A stretch of 64,000 nt of DNA from an uncultured Eubacteriales bacterium (GTDB lineage: Bacteria; Acidobacteriota; Aminicenantia; Aminicenantales; Saccharicenantaceae): contig CAZZCH010000002.1 in assembly GCA_964652895.1 (NCBI GenBank), forward strand, positions 14,910-78,909. The letters run 5' to 3'. Shown here one piece after another: positions 36,087 to 47,612 of the stretch; position 1 is the first letter of the stretch; each line of letters starts with the position of its first letter. Under the pieces are notes generated by a model. It was not told the DNA's origin, searched no databases, and saw only the letters and a list, made by a program, of their open reading frames with translations. The position numbers and the translations under genes are program-made.

Positions 36087-38417
36087 ATGGTCAAATTCGT
36101 TGCCCTCCTGGGGGCCCTTACCCTGTTGGGATTCGATTTCGCCGCGGAACGCAGGCCGACGGTCGCCGACTCCCTGAAGAACGTCCGTGTCCTGGCCGTC
36201 CCCGTGAACGCCCGACCCGTCGACAGGACCGTGGCCGAGGAAATCCGCCGCGACCTGGCGCCCCAAGCGGATATCAAGGCCGCCGGGCCGGACGGGGGAT
36301 CCAGCAAGGGCGTCTTCCGCATCGCCATCGCCGACGAAAAATTCCTCGTCGGCCCGTCGCCCGACACCCTCCAAAAAACGGGCGGGAAAAGCTGGATGTT
36401 CTTCAAGCTCGCCCCGGACGGAAGCGGCGAGCTCACGACGTCTGCGCCCCACCTCCTTTACGCGCTCTACACCCTGCTCAAGGAGGACTGGCTCGGCCTG
36501 GACGCCGGCGGGTTCGAGAACGGGAAAGTCGTCGTCCCCCGGTTCTCCCGGCTCGAGGGCGGCGACAATTATCTGGCCAATCCGAAGCGGGTCGCCGCCG
36601 GCTACGACGCCGAGCGCTCCGTCCGCGAGCTGGCCCGTCTCGGTTTCAGTCACGTGCCGGTGAACGCCCTGGCCAAGGACATGCCGGCCGAGCAGGGGCC
36701 GCCCGGCGAGATCTACTATCGCTTTTATTATTTCAGCCCCGACCTCGATCAGTTCGTCGAGACGCCCCTCAACGCCGGGGCCTACTCGCCCGAATATCTC
36801 GAGGCCAACCTGACGCTCCTCAAGGAGAACGCCCGCCTGGCCGTCAAGTACGGCCTGACGCCCGGCCTCAACATCAGTTCGCCCCGCTCCGTTCCCGACG
36901 TCGTGCTCGAAAAGTACCCCTACCTCCGCGGGGCCCGAGTCGACCACCCCTTCAGGAGCTATCGCCCGCGTTACACGCTGACCCTCTCCCATCCCGCCGT
37001 CCGCTGGCACTATGCCGAGCTCATGCGGCGGCTGATGCGCGAGGTCCCCGAGCTCGGCTACATCTATCTCTGGACGAACGACAGCGGCTCGGGTTTCGAG
37101 TACACGGCCAGCCTCTACGCCGGCCGCAACGGCGGCGCCTACCTCGTCCGCGAGTGGAAGTCCCACGAAGCCATCGCCAAGGCCGCGGCCGAAAACGTCC
37201 TTCGCTATTTCCGGACCCTGCGCGACGCGGCCGCAGAGACGCGGCCCGACTTCCGTCTCCTCTTCAACCTCTTCTCTTTCTCGAACGAGGAGGAGTTCAT
37301 CCTCGACGGCCTGTCCGAAGGGCTCGACCTCTGGATCGCGCCGAAAGAGCTCGACGACTCGCCGCGCGGCCGGCGGCTCAAGTCCCTGCCGGCGAAAGGC
37401 AGCCAGATATTCACGACGACGCGCCTCCAGAACAACTTCCTGCTCGGCATCCCTTCGCCCTGGCTCGCGGCCGATGAGGTCCGGGGACTCACCGCGGCCG
37501 GATTCGACAAGGCCCAGGTCACGGTCGACCCGGCGCCGCTCGCCCCCTACGACATCAACCGGGACGTGCTGAGGGCCCTCAACTTCGACCCGGCCGCGGA
37601 CGTCGACGCCATCGTATCCGCCGCGGCGGCCCGGCTCGTCGGAAGGAGCGGGGCCCCGGCCCTGGTCAAGGCCTGGCGGCTCTGCGACACGGCCGTTCGC
37701 GGCTTTCCGCCGATCGGGCTCTACGGGGACAACAACTGGGGCTTCCCCTGGTACCGCCTCCTCGTCCGGCCCTTCGCCCCGGATATCGAGAGGATCCCGG
37801 AGGCCGAGCGCGCCTATTACGAGAAGTATATGACCGTGACCTTCAACAACCCCAACCTCGTCGACCTGGGCACGGACATCCTCTGGACCCTCATGACCCG
37901 CGACCAGGCGGACGCGGTCGTGGCCCAGGCCGACCAGCGGACGTGGAAGCCCCTGGATGAGGCGATCGGGGTCCTGAAGGACTCGGTTCAATCGGCCAAG
38001 GGAGACGCACGGGAGGTTTTCGTTGACCAACTCGACCGGCTCCGGGCCCTGCGCTGCTATTTCCGGACGCTTCGCAACACGGCGGCCTGGGTGGCCGGCG
38101 TCCACGGCTATATCGAGACCAAGGATCCGGCCGAGAGGGACAGACGCCTGACCTTAGTCCGGGCCATGGTCGACGACGAGGTCGGGAACGCCCGCGCTCT
38201 GGCCGCGCTCTTTGAAGCGTCGAAAACCCGGTTCATGCCCATCGACCCGACGGGCGAGACCTTCAACATGTACGGGACGAACCTGCCCGAGCTCATACGG
38301 AGAAAAGTCGCCCTGATGGAAAAACACCGGAACGACGAGCCCCGCATCGACCCGAATTTCATGTGGCGTCTGCCGCCGGACTCCGGGCTCGACCCGAAAG
38401 CGTACATTAAATACTGA
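36087..38417 (+). CDS. Large secreted hypothetical protein (possible glycoside-hydrolase-like TIM barrel)
   Basis: 776 aa. Signal peptide MVKFVALLGALTLLGFDFA and AGGAGG RBS. Protein-like composition rich in Y/W/F/N, unlike the antisense ORF. IYLWTNDSGSGFEY segment. Confidence 0.55.
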   Translation: MVKFVALLGALTLLGFDFAAERRPTVADSLKNVRVLAVPVNARPVDRTVAEEIRRDLAPQADIKAAGPDGGSSKGVFRIAIADEKFLVGPSPDTLQKTGGKSWMFFKLAPDGSGELTTSAPHLLYALYTLLKEDWLGLDAGGFENGKVVVPRFSRLEGGDNYLANPKRVAAGYDAERSVRELARLGFSHVPVNALAKDMPAEQGPPGEIYYRFYYFSPDLDQFVETPLNAGAYSPEYLEANLTLLKENARLAVKYGLTPGLNISSPRSVPDVVLEKYPYLRGARVDHPFRSYRPRYTLTLSHPAVRWHYAELMRRLMREVPELGYIYLWTNDSGSGFEYTASLYAGRNGGAYLVREWKSHEAIAKAAAENVLRYFRTLRDAAAETRPDFRLLFNLFSFSNEEEFILDGLSEGLDLWIAPKELDDSPRGRRLKSLPAKGSQIFTTTRLQNNFLLGIPSPWLAADEVRGLTAAGFDKAQVTVDPAPLAPYDINRDVLRALNFDPAADVDAIVSAAAARLVGRSGAPALVKAWRLCDTAVRGFPPIGLYGDNNWGFPWYRLLVRPFAPDIERIPEAERAYYEKYMTVTFNNPNLVDLGTDILWTLMTRDQADAVVAQADQRTWKPLDEAIGVLKDSVQSAKGDAREVFVDQLDRLRALRCYFRTLRNTAAWVAGVHGYIETKDPAERDRRLTLVRAMVDDEVGNARALAALFEASKTRFMPIDPTGETFNMYGTNLPELIRRKVALMEKHRNDEPRIDPNFMWRLPPDSGLDPKAYIKY

Positions 38418-38460
38418 CTAGGAAGCCATCCCGCGGCTGAAATATCTGCGCGCCGCGGCG

Positions 38461-38489
38461 TTGACACTCGCCCCGTCCGGAGATAATCT
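38461..38489 (+). promoter_or_regulatory. Sigma70-like promoter (TTGACA-17 nt-TAATCT) upstream of element copy B and the 38722 operon
   Basis: TTGACA at 38461-38466 and TAATCT at 38484-38489 with a 17-nt spacer. Confidence 0.4.
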
Positions 38490-38492
38490 TGA

Positions 38493-38680
38493 TTCTTCTC
38501 CCAAAATTGGGGAAGTCCGTCGTGAGGTGGCGATGGATATCGCCCTGAAGACCCCCGTAGCGGAGGGGGACCCGCCGAAGGCGGGGGAACCGTCGGGACA
38601 GGTTCCCAGGGGTCCGGGGGGCTAAGGGCGATATCCTTCGCCAAGCCGAATAGAGGACTTCCCCGAAATCGGAAGAAGAA
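38493..38680. repeat. Copy B of the G-rich structured element at the apex of a ~190-nt imperfect hairpin
   Basis: Core at 38547-38624 matches copy A. Enclosing stems: GGATATCGCCCT/AGGGCGATATCC (12 bp), TGGCGA/TCGCCA, GGGGAAGTCC/GGACTTCCCC (10 bp) and TTCTTCT/AGAAGAA. Confidence 0.7.
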
Positions 38681-38721
38681 CCATGATCTCGGGGCATTCG
38701 TCGGGAAGGAGAGGTCGCAAC

Positions 38722-38952
38722 ATGAAAACCCGGACGATCGCCTTTTTCTCCGCCTACCTCGACCCTTTCTACAGGACGACGATGCTGGCCAACTGGCAGA
38801 ACGTCAACGACTACCCGGAGTGGATGTTCACGACGGACAAACCCGGGGCCTTTGAGATCCGGGCCTCATACGCCAGTATGTGGGGCGGCCAGGCGGGGTA
38901 CGAGGTCGAGGTCGACGGACAGGAGCTCGCCGCCAAGCTGGAGGCACCATGA
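38722..38952 (+). CDS. Small hypothetical protein (76 aa), beta-sandwich/CBM-like guess
   Basis: ATG at 38722 preceded by GGAAGGAGAGG. Sequence ...WQNVNDYPEWMFTTDKPGAFEIRASYASMWGGQAGYEVEVDGQEL. ATGA overlap with the next gene. Confidence 0.4.
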   Translation: MKTRTIAFFSAYLDPFYRTTMLANWQNVNDYPEWMFTTDKPGAFEIRASYASMWGGQAGYEVEVDGQELAAKLEAP

Positions 38953-39656
38953 AACTCGGAGGGCTGACAGCAATCCTGTTCGTCATCTTGACAGCCGCAG
39001 GCGCCGGGCTTAAGGCGACGGTCCAGAAGCCGGCGAAATCCGGCTGGGCGGATACCTTCGCCGTCGAGAAAAAGGATTTCGTCTCCGCCGGCGCGAACAC
39101 GTATTTCCGTCTGGAGCCGGGCTTCACCCTGGTGCTCGCGGACGGGAACGAGCGGCTGGTCATCACGGTTCTGGACGAAACAAAGATCGTCGACGGCGTC
39201 GAAACGCGGATCGTCGAGGAGCGTGAATCCAAGAACGGCAAGCTCGTCGAGGTCTCCCGGAACTTTTTCGCCTTCAACACGGCCGACCGGGGCGTCTATT
39301 ATTTCGGCGAAGAGGTCGATATTTACAAGAACGAAAAGATCGTCGATCACGAGGGAGCGTGGGAGTCCGGGAAAAACGGGGCCCGTTTCGGATTGATGAT
39401 CCCGGGCCAAGCCGTTTTAGGGGCCCGGTACTATCAGGAAGTCGCGCCCGGCGTGGCCATGGACCGGGCTGAAATTACCGGCCTCCACGAAACCCTGAAG
39501 ACGCCCGCGGGGACGTTCAAGGACTGCCTCAAGGTCGTCGAATCGACGCCGTTGGAGCCCTTCGCCCGGGAGTCCAAGTTCTACGCCCCGGGCATCGGGA
39601 TCATCAAAGACGCCTCGCTCCGCCTCGTCGAATACGGTCACCAGGAGAAAAAATGA
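38949..39656 (+). CDS. Secreted hypothetical protein
   Basis: 235 aa. Signal peptide MKLGGLTAILFVILTAAGAG. Conserved-looking YFRLEPG...YYFGEEVD...YYQEVAPGVAMDRAE...TPLEP pattern. Coupled at both ends. Confidence 0.6.
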   Translation: MKLGGLTAILFVILTAAGAGLKATVQKPAKSGWADTFAVEKKDFVSAGANTYFRLEPGFTLVLADGNERLVITVLDETKIVDGVETRIVEERESKNGKLVEVSRNFFAFNTADRGVYYFGEEVDIYKNEKIVDHEGAWESGKNGARFGLMIPGQAVLGARYYQEVAPGVAMDRAEITGLHETLKTPAGTFKDCLKVVESTPLEPFARESKFYAPGIGIIKDASLRLVEYGHQEKK

Positions 39657-41752
39657 GAACACGAATCTGCATCATCCTTGTCGCCGTCGCGCTGGCTGCG
39701 GGAATGGCCGGGAGTTCCGCCGCCGAACGGACGTTTTCCCTGGCCGATGTCCTGTCGCCGGCCTATCCGTCGGGTCTGGTCGCGGCCAAGTCGGTCGACC
39801 GCATCGCCTGGATCTTCAACGACCGGGGCGCGCGAAACGTCTGGACCGCGGCGGCCCCGGATTTCCGGCCGGTGAACCTGACCGGCTTCGGCCGGGACGA
39901 GGTCTTCGAGATCGACGAGGTCTTCCTATCGGACGACGGCAAGACCGCCGTCTTCATCAAGGGCGGGGCGCCCGACAGGGCCGGCTGGGTGACCAACTCC
40001 GACAGCGACCCGGACGGGCGGGAGCAGGCCATCTGGGCCGTCCGGACCGACGGAGGAAGGCCCTGGAAAGTCGCCGTCGGAAGCCGCCCGGTCCTCGCGC
40101 CCGACGGGCTCTCCGCCGTCATACCGAAAGACGGCCTTCTCTATCGGGTCCCGCTCACCCCCCGCCGGGACTCGGGTCCGGTTCCTGAACCCGAGATGCT
40201 GTTCCGAGCGGCCGGCCGGAACGGGTCGCCCCGCTGGTCTCCCGACGGCACCCGGATCGCCTTCGTCAGCGACCGGCAGGACCACAGCCTGATCGGGATT
40301 TTCGACCTGGCTCGCCGCAAGATCACCTGGATCGCCCCGAGCGTCGACCGCGATAGCGACCCCAGCTGGTCGGCGGACGGGGCCAGGATCGCCTTCGTGC
40401 GCCGTCCCGGTCGCGCCTACGACGCCGGTGTCGCGAACGAATTCCGCGAGCGGGAGCCCGCCGACCTGGCCGTCTGGGTGGCGGAGGCGGCGACCGGACG
40501 CGCCCGGGAATTATGGCGGACGGCCAAGGAGTCTCCCCGGTTCCATACGTTCAGGAATTTTGACCTCGCGGCGAACGACCGGATCCTTTTCACCGCCGAG
40601 CGCGAGGAATGGAACCACGTCTTTTCGATGCCCCTCGCCGGCGGCTCGCCCGAGGACATCACGTCCGGAGAGGCCTTCGTCGAGCACCTCGGGCTCTCGG
40701 GCGACGGGGCGACCCTCTATTTCTCGAGCAACCTGGGCGACCTCCACGGACGGCAGATCTGGAAGGTAGGCACGGCCGCGGGGAAACCGCGCCAACTGAC
40801 CAAAGGGAAAGTCATCGGGACCTTGCCGGTCGCCCTGTCTTCGGGCCGGGGGGCGGCTTTCCTCTACGCCACGGCGGTTCATCCGACTTCCGTCGCCATC
40901 GTCCCGGCCGTCGGAGGGGAGGTCGAGGTCGTCGCGCCGCGCGAGCTTCCGGCCGCGTTTCCGCTCCAAGAGCTCGTTACGCCCCAGCTCGTTATCGTCA
41001 AAGCCGCCGACGGGCTCGAAGTCCCCTGCCAGCTCTTCCTGCCCAAGGGCGCCAAGGCCGGCGACAAGAGGCCGGCCGTCGTCTACACGCACGGCGGCCC
41101 CATCCGGCAGATGCTCTTCGGCTGGCACTACATGGAATTTTACTCCGAGGCCTACGGCATCAACCAGTATTTCGCCGACCGCGGCTACGTCGTCATCTCC
41201 ATCAACTACCGCAGCGGTATCGGCTACGGCCGGTCCTTCCGGGAAGCGCCGAAATGCGGATACGAGGGCGCGGCCGAGTACCAGGACGTCCTGGCCGGCG
41301 TCAACTACCTCCGGACCCGGTCCGAGGTCGACCCGGAGCGCATCGGCGCTTGGGGGCTGTCCTACGGCGGACTGCTCACGGCGATGTCGCTCGCCCGCAA
41401 CTCCGACATCTTCAAGGTGGGCGTGGACATGGCCGGGGTCCACGACTGGTCGCAGTTGGGCTGGGCCCGGCTCGACGAGCCGCGGCGGAAGATCGCCCGC
41501 GACTCCTCGCCCGTCTCCGCCGTCGCCACCTGGAAGTCGCCTGTGCTTTTCATCCATGGTGACGACGACCGCAACGTCCCCTTCCAGCAGACGACGGACA
41601 TCGTCCAGAAACTCAGGGCCAAGGGGGACGTTCCTATCGAGTTGATGATCGCCCCCGACGAACCGCATGAATTCCTTCTTCACGCGAACCGGATGGAGGC
41701 GTACGAGCGCACCTTCGAATTCATCGACCGTTTCATCGGAAAAAAGAAATAG
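39653..41752 (+). CDS. S9 family serine peptidase (prolyl oligopeptidase/acylaminoacyl peptidase type) with an N-terminal beta-propeller
   Basis: 699 aa with a signal peptide. WSPDG repeats and nucleophile elbow [11 protein letters not shown]-terminal Asp/His region. Confidence 0.85.
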   Translation: MRTRICIILVAVALAAGMAGSSAAERTFSLADVLSPAYPSGLVAAKSVDRIAWIFNDRGARNVWTAAAPDFRPVNLTGFGRDEVFEIDEVFLSDDGKTAVFIKGGAPDRAGWVTNSDSDPDGREQAIWAVRTDGGRPWKVAVGSRPVLAPDGLSAVIPKDGLLYRVPLTPRRDSGPVPEPEMLFRAAGRNGSPRWSPDGTRIAFVSDRQDHSLIGIFDLARRKITWIAPSVDRDSDPSWSADGARIAFVRRPGRAYDAGVANEFREREPADLAVWVAEAATGRARELWRTAKESPRFHTFRNFDLAANDRILFTAEREEWNHVFSMPLAGGSPEDITSGEAFVEHLGLSGDGATLYFSSNLGDLHGRQIWKVGTAAGKPRQLTKGKVIGTLPVALSSGRGAAFLYATAVHPTSVAIVPAVGGEVEVVAPRELPAAFPLQELVTPQLVIVKAADGLEVPCQLFLPKGAKAGDKRPAVVYTHGGPIRQMLFGWHYMEFYSEAYGINQYFADRGYVVISINYRSGIGYGRSFREAPKCGYEGAAEYQDVLAGVNYLRTRSEVDPERIGAWGLSYGGLLTAMSLARNSDIFKVGVDMAGVHDWSQLGWARLDEPRRKIARDSSPVSAVATWKSPVLFIHGDDDRNVPFQQTTDIVQKLRAKGDVPIELMIAPDEPHEFLLHANRMEAYERTFEFIDRFIGKKK

Positions 41753-41756
41753 CCCG

Positions 41757-43805
<2,049 letters not shown>

Positions 43806-43815
43806 CCAACGGCCG

Positions 43816-44394
43816 TCAGTCGAGGACGACCTCACACTCTCCGGCGAGACCAGGGTTCTTCTTGTCTCTGACCTTGATGGTCAGCGTGTCTCCCTTGGCG
43901 AAGCCGGGGTTCTTGAAATAGAGGGGGGTCAGGAATCCCCAATAGCCGACCATGTGCCCTTCGTCAGCGGGCAGTCTCGCGGCCAGCGTAAGCGGGGGAA
44001 AGAAATTCGAGCTCTCGGGGAACTGGTACATCCGTACCCAAGAACCGGCGACGGCTTCCTTGCCCAGGCGCCGATAGAAATCGAGGTCCCGGATCTCGCC
44101 GCTGTAATTCGCCCTGAGCTCCTTGACCGAGGGCATGGGATATTCCTGTCCCTTGTAAACCATGACCACGTCTTTGGCCGCGACGGTGATGGCCTGGCCC
44201 TGGTCCTTGGAGCCCAGGTAGACGACGAACATGACGTAGGGACTGCCGACGGTCCGGTTGACAAGGCTGGCGTCGACGGTCATGAGGATGGCACCTTTAT
44301 CGCTGGAAAAGGCGCCCATTCCCAGGTCGGCCGTCTGCGGATAGACCGCTGCCGAAAGGACAAGCGCGATAAGCGCGATTCTTAAGAGTTTCAT
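43816..44394 (-). CDS. Secreted hypothetical protein
   Basis: 192 aa from MKLLRIALIALVLSAAVYPQ (signal peptide). GGAG lies 8 nt upstream. Convergent with the thioredoxin-domain gene across a 10-nt gap. Confidence 0.55.
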   Translation of the reverse strand: MKLLRIALIALVLSAAVYPQTADLGMGAFSSDKGAILMTVDASLVNRTVGSPYVMFVVYLGSKDQGQAITVAAKDVVMVYKGQEYPMPSVKELRANYSGEIRDLDFYRRLGKEAVAGSWVRMYQFPESSNFFPPLTLAARLPADEGHMVGYWGFLTPLYFKNPGFAKGDTLTIKVRDKKNPGLAGECEVVLD

Positions 44395-44426
44395 CGAATT
44401 CTCCATTCTGTCGAATCTTTTTGGCT

Positions 44427-44442
44427 TGCTCCATGCTTGCCA
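44427..44442 (-). promoter_or_regulatory. Possible sigma54 (-24/-12) promoter TGGCAAGCATGGAGCA
   Basis: The minus-strand 16-mer has GG and GC at the canonical spacing. The -12 box is GAGCA rather than TTGCA. It lies about 33 nt upstream of the ATG at 44394. Confidence 0.25.
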
Positions 44443-44574
44443 CTCAAGGAGAACCGCAAGCTTCATGCCAAGGCGCATGGCGGCTGGGGGCGGAGGCGGG
44501 ATTGGGAACGGGAACCGTCAGATGTCCGAAAAGGGGGACACCCCTGTCCTATTTCCTACTGTTTTAGTAGGATT

Positions 44575-45105
44575 TTAGGAGGGCTGGAGGGTTTTCTTGA
44601 TCTTGCTCAGGTCGTAGCCCTTGGCCGCGATCCGTTTGAGAAGCTCATCGTAGACCGCCCCGTCCATCTGCGGCGTCCGGCTCAAGATCCAGAGGTAGTT
44701 CCGGTTGGGGTGGCCGACGACGGCCCACTGGTAGTCCTTGTCGAGCTCGATGATCCAGTAAGCTCCCGAGAACGGCCAGAAGAAGCGGACCTTGAGCTTG
44801 GCGTTGGTCGTCTTGTCGACGATCCAAGCTTTGCCGCGGACCGAGCGCTGCTTGCCGTCGAGCGTCTCCTTGCGGCAGACGTTGACGACGTCGATATCCC
44901 CGTCGGCCCGGAGCGAATAGTGGGCCGTGACGCCGACGCAGCCCTTCTGGAAGCGCTGAGGGATGGTCGCGATCTCATACCAGGTCCCGAGGTACCGCTG
45001 GACGTCGACGAAGGGCACGACCTCGAGCGGTTTCACTTGGGTGCCGGCTTTCCTGGCCGCGCCCGCGGCGATGACAAATATCAAGATCACTATCCAAGGT
45101 TTCAT
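44575..45105 (-). CDS. blc: Bacterial lipocalin (Blc-like)
   Basis: 176 aa. DVQRYLGTWYEIATIP signature and a signal sequence. Confidence 0.8.
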   Translation of the reverse strand: MKPWIVILIFVIAAGAARKAGTQVKPLEVVPFVDVQRYLGTWYEIATIPQRFQKGCVGVTAHYSLRADGDIDVVNVCRKETLDGKQRSVRGKAWIVDKTTNAKLKVRFFWPFSGAYWIIELDKDYQWAVVGHPNRNYLWILSRTPQMDGAVYDELLKRIAAKGYDLSKIKKTLQPS

Positions 45106-45183
45106 GGGGGCCTCTCTTCTCTCCAGTGTAGGTCATACCCCGACTTGGGTCAAATCCCCCCATTGGTTCATCGCGGTTAAAGC

Positions 45184-45205
45184 TCCACGGACTTGCGTCC
45201 GTGGA
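45184..45205. promoter_or_regulatory. Perfect 9-bp inverted repeat TCCACGGAC-ttgc-GTCCGTGGA in a divergent promoter region (candidate operator or hairpin)
   Basis: Read directly from the sequence. Sits 15 nt upstream of the putative -35 of the Gfo/TIM cluster promoter. Confidence 0.35.
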
Positions 45206-45220
45206 ATCCCGCCAAGGGGA

Positions 45221-45249
45221 TTGAATTCACCCTCTCCTTTTAATAGAAT
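45221..45249 (+). promoter_or_regulatory. Sigma70-like promoter (TTGAAT-17 nt-TAGAAT) for the Gfo/TIM-barrel cluster
   Basis: TTGAAT at 45221-45226 and TAGAAT at 45244-45249. Confidence 0.35.
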
Positions 45250-45326
45250 CTCCCTATCGTGGGCGCGCAAAGAACCCTCGGAGTCCGTCCGTTCGCCGCC
45301 CCGGAATCCCGGTGAGGAGGGTGTCC

Positions 45327-46265
45327 ATGGGGGATCGAGACAACCGTTCAACACGGCGAGGTTTCCTCAAGACCGCGGCACTCGGGGCGGCGGCCGTATC
45401 CCTATCGCCGCTTCGCGGTTCCGGCCAGGCCAAAGCCGCGGCGGCCTCAGGCGCCGGCTTCAAACTCAAGTACGCGCCAGGGCTGGGGACGTTCGAAGCC
45501 CACGCCGGGAAAGCTCCCGCCGACCAGCTCAAGTTCATCGCCGACCAGGGCTTCAAGGCCTGGTTCAACAACGGATTGATGGGCCGGACTCCCGCCGATC
45601 AGGAGGCCTTGGCCAAAGAATCGACCCGGCTCGGCCTGACGATCGGCCCGTTCGTCGTCTACGCCGACTTCAAGGTCAAGTCCTTCGTCACCCGCGACGC
45701 GGCCGTCCTCGACATGCTCGCCGGGCGTTTCAAGACGGCCATCGAAACGGGCCGGCGGACCGGCTGCAGGTGGGCCCTGGCCGTCCCCGGCCGCTACGAC
45801 GAGAGCCTCGACTGGGACTACCAGACGGCCAACGTCGTCGAGAACCTCAAGCGGTTGGCCGGGCTGTGCGAGCCGGCGGGACTCATCATCGTCCTCGAAC
45901 CGCTCAACCCCAAGGACCACCCCGGCCTCTTCCTGACCAAGATGGCCCAATGTTACCAGATCTGCCGGGCCGTCGGGAGCCCGTCCGTCAAGATCCTCGA
46001 CGACATGTACCATCAACAGATCACCGAGGGCAACATCATCCCCAACATCGACGCCTGTTGGGACGAGATCGCGGCCTTCCACGTCGGCGACTCGCCGGGA
46101 CGGAACGAGCCGGGCACGGGCGAGATGAACTACCGGAATATCTTCAAGCACATCCACGGCAAGGGCTACCAGGGTGTGCTCTGTCTCGAACACGGCAAGA
46201 GCAAGGCCGGCCTGGAAGGCGAAAAAGCGTTCATCGCAGCCTACCGCGCCGCCGACGCATTCTAA
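45327..46265 (+). CDS. Tat-signal xylose-isomerase-like TIM barrel protein (hydroxypyruvate isomerase/sugar phosphate isomerase-epimerase family)
   Basis: ATG at 45327 after GAGGAGGG. Twin-arginine signal STRRGFLKTAALGAAAV. TIM-barrel pattern (VLEPLN...HPG, HVGDSPGRNEPGTGE). Confidence 0.75.
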   Translation: MGDRDNRSTRRGFLKTAALGAAAVSLSPLRGSGQAKAAAASGAGFKLKYAPGLGTFEAHAGKAPADQLKFIADQGFKAWFNNGLMGRTPADQEALAKESTRLGLTIGPFVVYADFKVKSFVTRDAAVLDMLAGRFKTAIETGRRTGCRWALAVPGRYDESLDWDYQTANVVENLKRLAGLCEPAGLIIVLEPLNPKDHPGLFLTKMAQCYQICRAVGSPSVKILDDMYHQQITEGNIIPNIDACWDEIAAFHVGDSPGRNEPGTGEMNYRNIFKHIHGKGYQGVLCLEHGKSKAGLEGEKAFIAAYRAADAF

Positions 46266-46284
46266 ATCAAAGGGAGGAGAGCAC

Positions 46285-47577
46285 ATGACCAACGAAAAGA
46301 AAGACGGGATCCTGGGCATGACCAGGCGGGACTTCATCAAGACGACCTCGGTGGCCTCCATGGCGACACTCGCGGCGGCCGTCTCAGGCTCCAGCGGGCG
46401 CTGCGCCGGCGGGTCGGACTCGATCCGCATCGGAGTCATAGGCTGCGGCGGCCGGGGTACGGGCGCGGCCATCGACGCCGTGAACTCCTCGCCCGGAGTG
46501 GAGATCCTGGCCCTCTTCGATCCGTTCCAGGACCGCATCGACAAATCCCTCAAGACGCTCCGCGAAAAGGTCCCGGCCGCGGTCAAAGTCACGCCGGAAA
46601 CCTGCTTCACCGGTTTAGAGGGCTACAAGAAACTGCTCGCGATCAAAAATATCAACTATATCGTCACGGCCGCGCCGCCCGGCTTCCGGCCCATCCACCT
46701 CAAGGCCTCCATCGAAGCGGGAAAGAACGTCTTCATGGAAAAACCGGTGGCCGTCGACCCGGTCGGGGTCCGGTCGGTCATCGCCAGCTCGGAGCTCGCC
46801 GCGAAGAAAGGCCTGGCCATCGTCGCCGGTACCCAGCGCCGCCATCAGCAGAAATATCTCGAGGTCATGAAACGCATCCAGGACGGGGCCATCGGCGAGG
46901 TCGTCGGCGGCCAGTGCTACTGGAACCAGGGCGAGCTCTGGGTCATCAAGCAAACGCCCGAGATGAGCGACATGGAATGGCAGTGCCGGAACTGGCTCTA
47001 TTTCTCCTGGACGTCGGGCGACCACATCGTCGAGCAGCACGTCCACAACATCGACGTCATGAACTGGGCCTTCGGCGCGACGCCGGTCAAGGTCATGGGC
47101 ATGGGCGGCCGGCAGGTCCGGACGGCCCCCGAATACGGCAACATCTTCGACCACTTCGCCGTCGAGTTCGAGTACCCGAACGGCGCACGCGTCATGAGCA
47201 TGTGCCGCCAGACCCCGGGCTGCGCCGACCGTGTCGAGGAAAAGATCGTGGGGACGAAGGGCCACGCCTTCGGCTACGGCGAGATCTCCGGCCCGAGCGC
47301 CTGGAAATTCGAGGGGGACGAGCTCAACCCCTATGTCGTCGAGCACACCGACCTCATCGCCAGTATCCGGGCCGGAAAGCCCCTCAACGAGGGCAAGAGG
47401 GTCGCCGAAAGCACGCTCTGCGCCATCATGGGCCGCATGAGCGCCTACACAGGCCGGGCCCTGAGCTGGGACTGGGCCATGAACGCCTCCAAGCTGGAAT
47501 TAGCGCCGGCGAAGTACGAGTTCGGCCCGAACCCGGTCGATCCGGTCGCCGTTCCGGGGCAAACGCCGCTCGTCTGA
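46285..47577 (+). CDS. Tat-signal Gfo/Idh/MocA family oxidoreductase
   Basis: MTRRDFIKTTSVASMATLAAA twin-arginine signal. Rossmann IRIGVIGCGGRG and EKP motif (FMEKPVA). GGGAGGAG RBS. Confidence 0.8.
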   Translation: MTNEKKDGILGMTRRDFIKTTSVASMATLAAAVSGSSGRCAGGSDSIRIGVIGCGGRGTGAAIDAVNSSPGVEILALFDPFQDRIDKSLKTLREKVPAAVKVTPETCFTGLEGYKKLLAIKNINYIVTAAPPGFRPIHLKASIEAGKNVFMEKPVAVDPVGVRSVIASSELAAKKGLAIVAGTQRRHQQKYLEVMKRIQDGAIGEVVGGQCYWNQGELWVIKQTPEMSDMEWQCRNWLYFSWTSGDHIVEQHVHNIDVMNWAFGATPVKVMGMGGRQVRTAPEYGNIFDHFAVEFEYPNGARVMSMCRQTPGCADRVEEKIVGTKGHAFGYGEISGPSAWKFEGDELNPYVVEHTDLIASIRAGKPLNEGKRVAESTLCAIMGRMSAYTGRALSWDWAMNASKLELAPAKYEFGPNPVDPVAVPGQTPLV

Positions 47578-47612
47578 AGCATCGGCGGATTGGGCACGAT
47601 GGAGGAAGCCAT

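Noticed and set aside
36036-38105. 689-aa minus-strand ORF opposite the 776-aa secreted protein gene
   Set aside because: The plus-strand product has a signal peptide, an AGGAGG RBS and balanced, aromatic-rich composition. The minus-strand product is Arg/Gly/Glu/Asp/Val-rich low-information sequence.
33933-38680. CRISPR array or MITE interpretation of the repeated element
   Set aside because: There are only two copies, 4.5 kb apart and separated by genes, so it is not an evenly spaced repeat-spacer array. The inverted termini differ completely between copies and no target-site duplication is visible, which argues against a MITE.
44481-44560. Possible degenerate third copy of the G-rich element (shares GGGAACCGTC and several G-runs)
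   Set aside because: Only a 10-nt identity with copy B was found. The inner helices, junction and enclosing inverted repeat are missing, so the evidence is insufficient.
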